From contig CBDHEF010000002.1 of assembly GCA_965261945.1 (NCBI GenBank), positions 1,999,327 through 2,063,326 of the forward strand: a stretch of 64,000 bases of DNA, read 5' to 3'. The stretch's first letter is position 1, and the number at the start of each line of letters is the position of its first letter. The translations under genes were made by a program, and so were the position numbers. A model generated the notes under the pieces. The model ran no database searches. It was given only the letters and a program-made list of their open reading frames with translations, and was not told the DNA's origin. The DNA comes from Dehalococcoidia bacterium (lineage in GTDB: Bacteria > Chloroflexota > Dehalococcoidia > Lucifugimonadales > UBA3495). Below are positions 1-7,913 of the stretch, one piece after another.

Positions 1-1456
1 CCCGCAGCACCTCCTCACGGTCCGAGGAACCCAGAACTGTCTGGTACCCGCTGGCCCGCCACTCATCCAGGGTGCGCGGGTCCAGGTCCACGACGGTGAA
101 GGGTACATTGTGTTCCCGCATCTCCTGGGCCACCAGAGAGCCGACCCGCCCCAGCCCGCAGATGACCACGTGCCCGAACATCTGCCGGGGACGCTCCTCT
201 CCGTGAGGGTCGCCGATCCGGTAGGGCCTCAGCACGCGGAATCGCCCGCTCAGCACTGACACCAGCTTGGTTCCCCCGGTAATCATGGGAGGGCCGGCCG
301 CCATCGTCAGTACCGCCGATACCACAATCAACGAGTGGAACGACTGCTCCACCACGCCCAGGGCCAGCGCACTGGCCACCAGGATGAAGCTGAACTCACC
401 GATCTGTCCCAAACCCACCCCGGTCAACAGTGAAGTGCTGGGCAGGTATCCCGAAACACGGACGATGATGGCGGTGACGATGAACTTGATGGCGACAGCC
501 GACCCGATGACCGCCAGCACGCTGGCGTAGTTGTCCACGATGAATACCGGATCGGTCAGCATTCCCAGCGAGGCGAAGAACAAAGCGGCGAACACGTCCC
601 GAAGGGGTGCGACCTCGGCCAGCGCCCAGTGGCCAATGTCGGATTCGCTGAGCAGCAGCCCGGCCACAAAGGCCCCCAGCGCCGCCGACAGCCCCACGAA
701 GTTGGTCAGGCCCGAGATGGCGAACACCAGGGCCACCACCATCAGCACGAACACCTCGCGGGATCCCAACAGGGTGATGCGGCTCATCACCATGGGCATG
801 ACCTTGATTCCCAGTATCGCCACGCCGCCGATAATCACCACGGTCTTGAGCACGCCCCAGCCGGCTTCCTTCAGCACGCTGGCCGCGCCGCCCCCCCCGT
901 CCAGCGCCGGCAGCATGGCGATCATCAAGATGAACACCAGGTCCTGCATCAGGAGAAAACCGGTCAGCAGCCGCCCGTGCAGGCTGTGAATTTCCCCCCG
1001 GTCGGTCAGCGTCTTGAGCACAACCATGGTGCTGCTGAGGGCGCCTACCATCCCCAGGATGATCGCCGTGGTCATGTCGAACCCCAGGAGAACGCCGATG
1101 GGCGTCAGCAGCGCGGCAGTCACCGCAATCTGCAGGATGCCTCCGACCACTATCACCTTGCCGAGGCTCACCAGCTCACGGAAGGATATTTCGATGCCGA
1201 TGGCGAACACCAACAGGACGACACCGATCTCGGCCAGCCTGTGTACCGTGTCAACGTCGGCAACAGTGGCGAAGTGCAGCCATTCGTCGCCTGTCCGCCC
1301 GGCCACGTAGGGGCCAATGATCATGCCCATGGCCAGATAGCCCAGCACCGGCGGCGCCCGCAGCACACGAGCCACGACGCCACCCAGGAAAGCGGCAATG
1401 ACAACGGTCACCAAGTCAACGAAAAGGTAACTTTGCAGGTGTCCCTCAAATTCCAT
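1..1456 (-). CDS. Kef-type (CPA2) cation:proton antiporter with C-terminal TrkA-N/RCK domain; the 3' end lies beyond the window
   Basis: Absent from the ORF track because it is open at the window edge. My reverse-strand translation from the ATG (cat at 1454-1456) reads MEFEGHLQSYLFVDLVTVVIAAFLGGVVARVLRAPPVLGYLAMGMIIGPYVAG..., a typical exchanger TM N-terminus. Nt ~60-180 read MFGHVVICGLGRVGSLVAQEMREHNVPFTVVDLD, the Rossmann GxGxxG of TrkA-N. The + strand ORFs at 267..1558 are low-complexity shadows. Confidence 0.8.
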   Translation of the reverse strand, partial: MEFEGHLQSYLFVDLVTVVIAAFLGGVVARVLRAPPVLGYLAMGMIIGPYVAGRTGDEWLHFATVADVDTVHRLAEIGVVLLVFAIGIEISFRELVSLGKVIVVGGILQIAVTAALLTPIGVLLGFDMTTAIILGMVGALSSTMVVLKTLTDRGEIHSLHGRLLTGFLLMQDLVFILMIAMLPALDGGGGAASVLKEAGWGVLKTVVIIGGVAILGIKVMPMVMSRITLLGSREVFVLMVVALVFAISGLTNFVGLSAALGAFVAGLLLSESDIGHWALAEVAPLRDVFAALFFASLGMLTDPVFIVDNYASVLAVIGSAVAIKFIVTAIIVRVSGYLPSTSLLTGVGLGQIGEFSFILVASALALGVVEQSFHSLIVVSAVLTMAAGPPMITGGTKLVSVLSGRFRVLRPYRIGDPHGEERPRQMFGHVVICGLGRVGSLVAQEMREHNVPFTVVDLDPRTLDEWRASGYQTVLGSSDREEVLR

Positions 1457-1665
1457 TCTAAGCCTGAAAGTCCTATTCTTTGCCGCTGGTCAAAACCGGG
1501 GCATTTGCGTTTATTATCAGGCAGACTCCCGGTCTGCGCGGCTGCCCTTGCCCCCTGAGAACGAGCGATTGGGATGCCGCCCGCAGGCAACAGCCCCCAA
1601 CGCCGGAGTCCGGCAAGCTCAATACCTGTGATAATACAACAGGAATCGGTCTGAGGAGAAAGAAA

Positions 1666-2055
1666 ATGCCTGTTGAACATCGAGACTACCCCGACATCGC
1701 GCCAGCGGGGCCCACCTACAGCCGCGGCACACGAGCCGGCAACCTGCTTTTCGTGTCCGGCTGCACCGCCCGCGGCTCGGACGCTCAAGGCAAGCCGCTG
1801 ATGGAGCAACTGGAGGTCACCCTGGACCGGGTCGTGGGGGTGGTCAAGGCCGAGGGCGGCTCGCCCGGCGACATCGCCAAGATTACCTGCTTCGTCACCA
1901 GCATCGCCGACTGGCAGAGCAACCCGGACAGGCAGGCGGAACTCTTCGCCCGCTTTTTCGAGGGAAAGTACCCGGCCAATTCCCTCATCGAGATCAGCGC
2001 CCTCGCCGAGCCGGGCCTCGACGTGGAAATCGAAGCCATCGCCGTTATTGAGTGA
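1666..2055 (+). CDS. RidA/YjgF/UK114 family reactive-intermediate deaminase
   Basis: Track ORF 1480..2055. In-frame ATG at 1666 follows GGAGAAAG. The sequence MPVEHRDYPDIAPAGPTYSRGTRAGNLLFVSGC...PANSLIEISALAEPGLDVEIEAIAV fits the RidA family pattern. Confidence 0.85.
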   Translation: MPVEHRDYPDIAPAGPTYSRGTRAGNLLFVSGCTARGSDAQGKPLMEQLEVTLDRVVGVVKAEGGSPGDIAKITCFVTSIADWQSNPDRQAELFARFFEGKYPANSLIEISALAEPGLDVEIEAIAVIE

Positions 2056-2107
2056 CTGAACCTGGAAGCGAAAAGTTCCCTCTTCCATAGGAAGAGGGAA
2101 CTTTTCA

Positions 2108-2705
2108 GGGAATTGTATCGAATTTTACCCAACCTCAGAAAAACCCCTGTCATTCCCGCGAAAGCGGGAAATTGCGTTGCCAGGCGCCAGCTATTTACCA
2201 GTATCAGGGGCTTTCGCGGAAATGACGGTATGGGCAAGAATGACGATGGAGAGGAAGATGCGCAGGATTCGGTATCATCCCCCAATTTTTCAGGGAATTA
2301 GCGAATTTCACCCAGACAAAAGGGTGTTCTATGGAACATGAGCATGGTCACCAAGGCCAGCGCCAGTAAAATAAGTCTGCTTTCATAATGAACCTCCCTG
2401 GTACCGGCCCGTCCCTTATGCCGTTAGCGTAGTATCGCGCTACGTGATAACAATAGTCAACATTATGAATACATTCAAGTGATTCTTCGCGAGCCAATAT
2501 CGACGACGCCGAGTCAGGCCTCTCCAGTGTGCCGGCCCGCCCGGCAGGGCAACAGCACAGGCGCCGCCAGGGGGACCCATCCGCCGGCAGCAAGTCACCC
2601 GATCTGCAACAGCCATTACTGTGCCCAATTATGCAAACGCCCTCGATCCACACCCCGGCATTTTGTCCACTTTTAGCTACGTGGGTAAAATTCGATATAA
2701 TTCCC
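2108..2705. repeat. 598-bp segment bounded by a 23-bp terminal inverted repeat (MITE-like, no transposase)
   Basis: gggaattgtatcgaattttaccc at 2108-2130 matches the reverse complement of 2683-2705 with 1 mismatch. A third, degenerate direct copy (gggaattagcgaatttcaccc) lies at 2293-2313. The interior holds a family-B palindrome pair (2149-2228). Confidence 0.5.
2348..2386 (-). CDS. 12-codon Trp-rich micro-ORF (MKADLFYWRWPW) with a strong RBS; function unknown
   Basis: The reverse strand reads cAGGGAGGttcattATG aaa gca gac tta ttt tac tgg cgc tgg cct tgg TGA. A sigma70-like promoter lies upstream on the same strand: TTGACT (rc of 2455-2460), 18 nt, GATACT (rc of 2431-2436). Confidence 0.25.
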   Translation of the reverse strand: MKADLFYWRWPW

Positions 2706-2710
2706 GTTTT

Positions 2711-3001
2711 TTATGGGTGTCCGTCCGCTTCCCCAAGCCACCGCCGGGTGTTGCCGGGGCTGAGGGGCAGGCTGTTGACCCGGATGCCGAAGGGCGACAG
2801 GGCGTGGGCCACGGCGTTGCCGAGGGCGGCGCCGGTGGCGAGAATCGCGCCTTCACCGGCTCCCTTTACGCCCAACGGGTTCAGCGGCGAGGGGGCCTCC
2901 TCCATGATGACCGTTTCAACGTCGGGAACGTCCAGGCGGACATCCTCCCGCCTGCGTATGGGGGCTCCCATGTAGGGCTGCATTGGCGGCTGTGTTGTCA
3001 T
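2711..3001 (-). pseudogene. Internally deleted remnant of a CoxL/xanthine-dehydrogenase-family molybdopterin subunit
   Basis: The 96-aa ORF joins an N-terminal-type motif (MGAPIRRREDVRL) directly to the family C-terminus (DVPDVETVIMEEAPSPLNPLGVKGAGEGAILATGAALGNAVAHALSPFGIRVNSLPLSPGNTRRWL). Intact members are about 750-800 aa. Confidence 0.6.
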
Positions 3002-3060
3002 CGCGGCATCCGTCCCTTATTGTGTGGCTCCACCCATTATTCCCCGGTGTCTTGGGGTGG

Positions 3061-4107
3061 CTATTCCTCTTTGGGAGGGCGGCGAACGGGAGGGCGGCGA
3101 ACAGGATGGCGGTCAACAGGATGGCGGTCAACAATGACCCGCCCCCGTTCTACACCCAGCTTCATCCGTTCGTACTCCGAGGAGAATTCGGCCCCGGCTA
3201 TGAGTATCAGGCCGGAGAAGTAGGTCCAGGCCAGCAGCACGATAACCGAGGCCAGGGAGCCGTAGACCTCCTCGTAATATGCAAAGTGGTCCAGATAGAG
3301 GACGAAGGCGCTCTTGAACACCTCAAACAGCACCGCTGCCAGCACCGCCCCCGGCCAGATGTAGCGCCAATACGTGAGAGTGTTCGGCGTGAACTTGTAG
3401 ATAAGCAGGAATATGGTCAGCGAGAACAGGAAGGGCAGCGGGCGAGTCAGCAGGTTGATAACGCCATTGTCCAGGAATTGGTCGCGCCCTATTACCGGCA
3501 CGTTGTGAGTGCCCAGAAATTGCAGAGCCGCAGTGGTGCCGATGGACAAAAGGAACAGGGGGGCGACGCTGAATGCCATCAGGATATGGCGCAGCTTGTC
3601 TATGTAGAAGGGCCGGTCCTGTTGTATGTCCCAAGCCCGGTTGACCGCTCTGGTGATGGCGCCGAACAACAGGCTGGCCGACCAGAACAGGCCGAGAAAG
3701 CTGACAATACCCAGAAAGCCGCGAATGCTGCCCCTGGCCTCCACGTTGGAGGCAAGCAGCTCTTTGGAGCCAGGCAGATAGAGCTGGAAAAATCCGAAAA
3801 CCTCCCCCTCCAGGAACTCCGAGTTCAGCACGAGGCCCAGCAGGCTGATCAACCCGACTGTGAGCGGAAAAAGGGAGAGGACTGCATAGTAGGCCACCCC
3901 CGCCGCCATGTGTGTCGCGTCGTCGGCCCCCATCTCCCGCACTGTCCGGTACACCAGACCCACCGCCGGAATGGCAATCAGCCGCCGCCAGAACCGCCGG
4001 GCGCGTACGCGGACTTTCAGATAGTCGCGGTTGTGCGCCACCCTTCTCCGGAACCGCTCGAAAGGGGTGGTCAGCGTTGATTTGAGGCGTGCCGGAAATA
4101 TCAGCAT
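3061..4107 (-). CDS. YihY/BrkB family membrane protein
   Basis: Track ORF 3061..4200. MAAGVAYYAVLSLFPLTVGLISLLG...FLGLFWSASLLFGAITRAVNRAWD is typical of YihY. I prefer the start at M32 (4107) because the longer ORF runs through a terminator hairpin at 4135-4157. The C-terminus carries 4 tandem 15-bp units (VDRHP VDRHP VRRPP VRRPP). Confidence 0.85.
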   Translation of the reverse strand: MLIFPARLKSTLTTPFERFRRRVAHNRDYLKVRVRARRFWRRLIAIPAVGLVYRTVREMGADDATHMAAGVAYYAVLSLFPLTVGLISLLGLVLNSEFLEGEVFGFFQLYLPGSKELLASNVEARGSIRGFLGIVSFLGLFWSASLLFGAITRAVNRAWDIQQDRPFYIDKLRHILMAFSVAPLFLLSIGTTAALQFLGTHNVPVIGRDQFLDNGVINLLTRPLPFLFSLTIFLLIYKFTPNTLTYWRYIWPGAVLAAVLFEVFKSAFVLYLDHFAYYEEVYGSLASVIVLLAWTYFSGLILIAGAEFSSEYERMKLGVERGRVIVDRHPVDRHPVRRPPVRRPPKEE

Positions 4108-4134
4108 AGCGCTATGATTATAAATGAAATAATC

Positions 4135-4157
4135 GGGGCGGGTTTGAAGCCCGCCCC
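4135..4157 (-). terminator. GC hairpin (ggggcggg-loop-cccgcccc) followed by a T-rich tract on the minus strand
   Basis: The 8-bp GC stem lies 40 nt downstream of the stop at 4197. The minus strand then continues gattatttcatttat. The same hairpin sequence recurs at 59335-59357. Confidence 0.5.
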
Positions 4158-4196
4158 TTCGTCTTGCTGTGCCTGTGCCGTCAGGAAGGCCATCAC

Positions 4197-4774
4197 TCAC
4201 GCGCCGTCCCGCTTCTCCTCGTCCTTCTGTTGCTCGCCGCGGAAGGGAGCTCGCAGGACGACGGAAACCCCGCCGACAACGCCCCCGACGGATTCGGTGG
4301 CTGCGGTGGTAGTGGCCTGCCCGAAGGAGCCGGCGGCGCTGACCGCTCTGTTGGCCGCGGCCGATGCGGCATCTTCGGCGCGAAGCCCGATGCTCTTGGC
4401 CGACCCGATGGACTGCTCAACGGCGTTGCGGGCCACGCTGCCCACGTCGCCGCCCAATTCGCTGGTGCCCTCGATGGCGGCTCGCACCGTGTCGCTGCAA
4501 ACGCCTACGGTCACCGTCGTTACCTCGCCCACGCCGATAACCGCGCCCTTGGCGGTGGAGCCACGGCCTCCACGCCGCCGGTGGTATGTATGGCGCCCTT
4601 CATTACATCTGCGACCAAGCCTTGGAACTCGTTAGATGTCTCCCGGGACCCGGGAAGCGCCCCGACGGTGACTCCCCGCGCCGCCGATATGGTATTCTCC
4701 AGCACGTCCCCGGCCCCGCTGATAGTCCCGGATATCGTGTCTCCTATGGTCCTTCCGATATTGCCAAGAACCAT
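4197..4774 (-). pseudogene. Gly/Ala/Thr-rich repeat protein split by a frameshift (track ORFs 4520..4825 and 4197..4532)
   Basis: MVLGNIGRTIGDTISGTISGAGDVLENTISAARG...VMKGAIHTTGGVEAV continues in another frame as STAKGAVIGVGEVTTVTVGVCSDTVRAAIEGTSELGGDVGSVARNAVEQSIG. The two ORFs overlap by 13 nt. The RBS GAGGAAG precedes the ATG at 4774. Confidence 0.5.
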
Positions 4775-5114
4775 AGCTCTTCCTCTCTTCTCCGAAACGC
4801 TGTAGACGGGAATTCGCAAAACCAAGCCATATCAGTTTACCATAGTGGGTGTGATTGGTTTGAGATTTCCGGCTTAAGGAGACTGCCGATAGCAGGGGGA
4901 ATTCCCCCGTCGGCTGCGGCAGGACGGGGGAATTGTGGAGGCATGAGCGTCATCCAGCGCAACGCCGGAGCAAGTTCCCCAAACGGCTCCGTCCTATCCG
5001 CGCCCTCCGTCTGCTTCCGCATATATAAAAAGGGGCTGCGAAAGTCTAAACTTCACCCAACGCATGAATCCTCTTCGGGCGGTGGTGACGCCGCTTGGAG
5101 CCGGGGGTAACCGG

Positions 5115-6899
5115 ATGAGCCAACATGACGGGGCCAGCGCCATCTCCTGGCGAGACTGGAGCGAGGAAGCCTTTGAGTCCGCCAAATCCGAGGGAAAGCC
5201 GGTGCTGCTTACCTTGGGGGCCACCTGGTGCCACTGGTGCCACGTCATGGACCAGACTTCCTACTCCGACGGGCGTGTCATCGAGCTGGTGAACTCCCGG
5301 TTCATCCCGGTGCGCGTGGATGTTGACCAGCGGCCCGACATATCGCTGCGGTACAACCAGGGCGGGTTCCCGTCGGTGGCCTTCCTGACCGGGGACGGCG
5401 AATTCCTGACCGGCAGGCCCTACACACCGCCGGATGAAATGACCGCCCTGCTGGAGCAGGTATCCAGCGGCGAGGGTTCCCCGGACGATGTATACGCCAA
5501 CAATCGCGGGCCGTCGCCGCGCCGCACCGGGGCCAGCGCCTCGGTTGATGCGGTGCTGGCCCGGCTGACAGAGCTATACGACGAGGAATTCGGCGGTTTC
5601 GGGCTGGAACCCAAGCAGCCCCCGTGGGAGGCGCTGCAATTCCTCACCGCCCGCTACGGAGCCACCGGCGACCGGGCCATCATGCGAATGGTCGAGACCA
5701 CCCTCCAGAGTATGTGGCACGGCATCTACGACCGGAAAGACCAGGGGTTCTTCCGCTACGCGGTGAGCCGCGACTGGAAGGTGCCGCACTACGAAAAGAT
5801 GCTGGTCAGCAACGCCAGCCTGGCAACGGTCTACCTGGAAGCATTCCAGATTACCCGCAAGGCAACCTACAGGTTCGCCGCCGATGGCACCCTGCACTAC
5901 CTGCTCAACACCCTGTTCAGTCCGGCCAAGGGGTTGTTCTTCGCCAGCCAGGACGCCGACGAGCCCTTCTACCAGATGTCCTGGAAGGGCCGCGAGACCC
6001 TTGCGCCGCCGCCCGTTGACCGCACCTTCTACGCCGGTTGGAACGCCCTGGCCGCCCACTCCCTGATTCAGGCGGCCAACGTGCTGGGCAGCCCGGATTA
6101 CCGGCGGCTCGGTTCCGGTATTCTGGAAAGGCTGTGGGGAGAAAGCTGGACCTCCGCAGGAGGCTTGCCCCGGCGCGCGGGCGAGTTGAGCGACGCCACG
6201 CCCATCCTGGCCGACCAGGTGGAGTTCCTGCGGGCGTGGCTGGCCCTGTACCAGTCGACGGGGGAGCCGGAGTGCCTGGCGCGGGCGGTTGAGGTCGCCG
6301 GGACCGTCGAGCGACTGTTCGGCGCACCCAATGGCGGCTGCTACGACACCACGCCGCCCCGTTCTTTCGAGGCAGGTCTGCTTCCCCGGGAACAGCCAGT
6401 GCGGGACAACGCCTGCTGGGTCGAGGCGCTGCTGGCCCTGTATCACCTGACCGGCGACGCCGGATATTCGCAGCGGGCCGCCTCCGCGCTGGACGCTTTT
6501 GAGTCCGTGGTTCCGGGGAAGAGCTACCTCGGCGCCCATCTCTCCCGCCGCATGGAGGAAGACGAAGAAGCCCTGTTCCTGCCGGCGGGCTCGGCCTGGG
6601 GGCGAGCCCGGGATATGCAGACCAACGGGGCAGTGAGCCTGGTGCTGGTGGGCGATTCGTCCGCGCCGGCCTATCGTCGGCTGCACCGTGCGGCCCTGCG
6701 AGCCTACGCTCCCCACCGGGTCGTCCAGCCGCTGGACTCGGAGCGCGACGCCGAACAAATCCGGGAATTGGGTTTCCCGCCGAACAGGGAGGCGGCGCTG
6801 TACGCCTGCATGGGAGACCGTTGCCTCGCCCCCATCACCACGCCCCAGGGCGTCCGGGAGATGGCCCGGTCACGCCCGTGGGCCACCGGCCAGTTCTGA
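5115..6899 (+). CDS. Thioredoxin-domain (DUF255/YyaL-like) protein with a six-hairpin C-terminal domain
   Basis: ISWRDWSEEAFESAKSEGKPVLLTLGATWCHWCHVMDQTSYSD...RFIPVRVDVDQRPD is the DUF255 signature with a CxxC. The start is taken at M18 (5115). Confidence 0.85.
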   Translation: MSQHDGASAISWRDWSEEAFESAKSEGKPVLLTLGATWCHWCHVMDQTSYSDGRVIELVNSRFIPVRVDVDQRPDISLRYNQGGFPSVAFLTGDGEFLTGRPYTPPDEMTALLEQVSSGEGSPDDVYANNRGPSPRRTGASASVDAVLARLTELYDEEFGGFGLEPKQPPWEALQFLTARYGATGDRAIMRMVETTLQSMWHGIYDRKDQGFFRYAVSRDWKVPHYEKMLVSNASLATVYLEAFQITRKATYRFAADGTLHYLLNTLFSPAKGLFFASQDADEPFYQMSWKGRETLAPPPVDRTFYAGWNALAAHSLIQAANVLGSPDYRRLGSGILERLWGESWTSAGGLPRRAGELSDATPILADQVEFLRAWLALYQSTGEPECLARAVEVAGTVERLFGAPNGGCYDTTPPRSFEAGLLPREQPVRDNACWVEALLALYHLTGDAGYSQRAASALDAFESVVPGKSYLGAHLSRRMEEDEEALFLPAGSAWGRARDMQTNGAVSLVLVGDSSAPAYRRLHRAALRAYAPHRVVQPLDSERDAEQIRELGFPPNREAALYACMGDRCLAPITTPQGVREMARSRPWATGQF

Positions 6900-6999
6900 C
6901 CCGGCAGTTTCTTCGCGTGACCCGCAGCGCTCAGGCCGAGGCCCCGAACCGCCAGGCGTTTTCAGGGGCCGGGCCTGTGTCCCGCCCCTTTCGCGTCCC

Positions 7000-7785
7000 T
7001 TATTCCCAGACTTGACCCGCGATTGAGATCGCGTTCAGAGCTGCGGGATAGCCCGCGTATCCTCCGGTCTGCATGAGGACTTCCACAACTTCATCCTTGG
7101 AAAACCCCACGCGGAGGCCGGCCTGCAGGAAGTTGCGGAGCGGGCCATCGGCTCGCAGGGCCGTCAGGGCGGCGGTGGTGCATACCACCCTGGACTTCAG
7201 GTCCAGCCCCGGGCGGAAGAAGATCTCCCCAAACGCAAACTGGTAGGTGAGCGCCCGCAGGTCCGGCGCGAGGTCCACCAGGGCGTTGGCATAGCCGCCC
7301 CGGTCCTCAGTGCCCAAAAGCTGCTCCCGAAGCTCGCGGCCCCGTCGCTCCATCTCTTCCAGGCTGACTTCGGGCACCTCAGTCTGCGGCGCCTCGATGC
7401 CCCTCTCGCGGAAGGCCTCGTGGACCAACTCCAGCGAGTTGACCGCCGACGGGAACCCGGCATAGAGGGAGCAGTGTATTGGCACTTCCTGGATCTCCTC
7501 CGCGCTCATGCCCATGTTCAGCGCGCTGTGAACGTAGGTCTGAAACTGGGAGAGGCGTTGCAGCGAGGACAGGACGGAGAGGGTCGCCAGCATTCGATAC
7601 CGAATGTCCAGGCCGGGACGGGCCCACACCGCTCCGAAAATCGCCTCTCCGGTGTAATTCCTGAGACCCGGGATGCTGGCCACAGCCCTGGGCCGCTCCC
7701 GGGCCGGGTAGGCGCCGTGCTGCAGGCGCTCGCGTATCTCGTTGCCCTTCCGCCGGAGTTCCTCTCGACTGCTCATCGTTACCAT
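7000..7785 (-). CDS. Carboxymuconolactone decarboxylase (AhpD-like) family protein with two CMD repeats
   Basis: GEAIFGAVWARPGLDIRYRMLATLSVLSSL...EEIQEVPIHCSLYAGFPSAVNSL and a second copy FGEIFFRPGLDLKSRVVCTTAALTAL...VEVLMQTGGYAGYPAALNA. The start is uncertain (M24 at 7785 or M27 at 7776). Confidence 0.8.
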   Translation of the reverse strand: MVTMSSREELRRKGNEIRERLQHGAYPARERPRAVASIPGLRNYTGEAIFGAVWARPGLDIRYRMLATLSVLSSLQRLSQFQTYVHSALNMGMSAEEIQEVPIHCSLYAGFPSAVNSLELVHEAFRERGIEAPQTEVPEVSLEEMERRGRELREQLLGTEDRGGYANALVDLAPDLRALTYQFAFGEIFFRPGLDLKSRVVCTTAALTALRADGPLRNFLQAGLRVGFSKDEVVEVLMQTGGYAGYPAALNAISIAGQVWE

Positions 7786-7913
7786 CCCAATTACCTTGTG
7801 TTCAGATCGCGCCCCAGTATACTCCATGAGGGGCGTCGCGAAATGCGCCGGCATGGGAGATACCCCGACGGTGTTAGAATACTGCCCAACGAGAATTCCC
7901 GGAGCGGTTGATT

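Noticed and set aside
629-1558. 309-aa His/Gln/Gly/Arg-rich + strand ORF, with overlapping ORFs at 267..530, 531..989 and 1014..1310
   Set aside because: Low-complexity composition typical of out-of-frame or antisense reading of high-GC DNA. The opposite strand encodes a convincing Kef-type antiporter.
2348-2653. 101-aa minus-strand ORF across the TIR-bounded element
   Set aside because: Cys/Arg/Gly-rich with no plausible start context. Only the last 12 codons have a promoter and RBS, and they are reported separately as a micro-ORF.
5574-6758. 394-aa minus-strand ORF
   Set aside because: Antisense to the DUF255 thioredoxin-domain gene. Shadow composition.
7379-7911. Several 60-160-aa ORFs overlapping the CMD-family gene and the divergent promoter region
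   Set aside because: Alternative-frame or antisense reading of the CMD gene. No RBS and no motifs.
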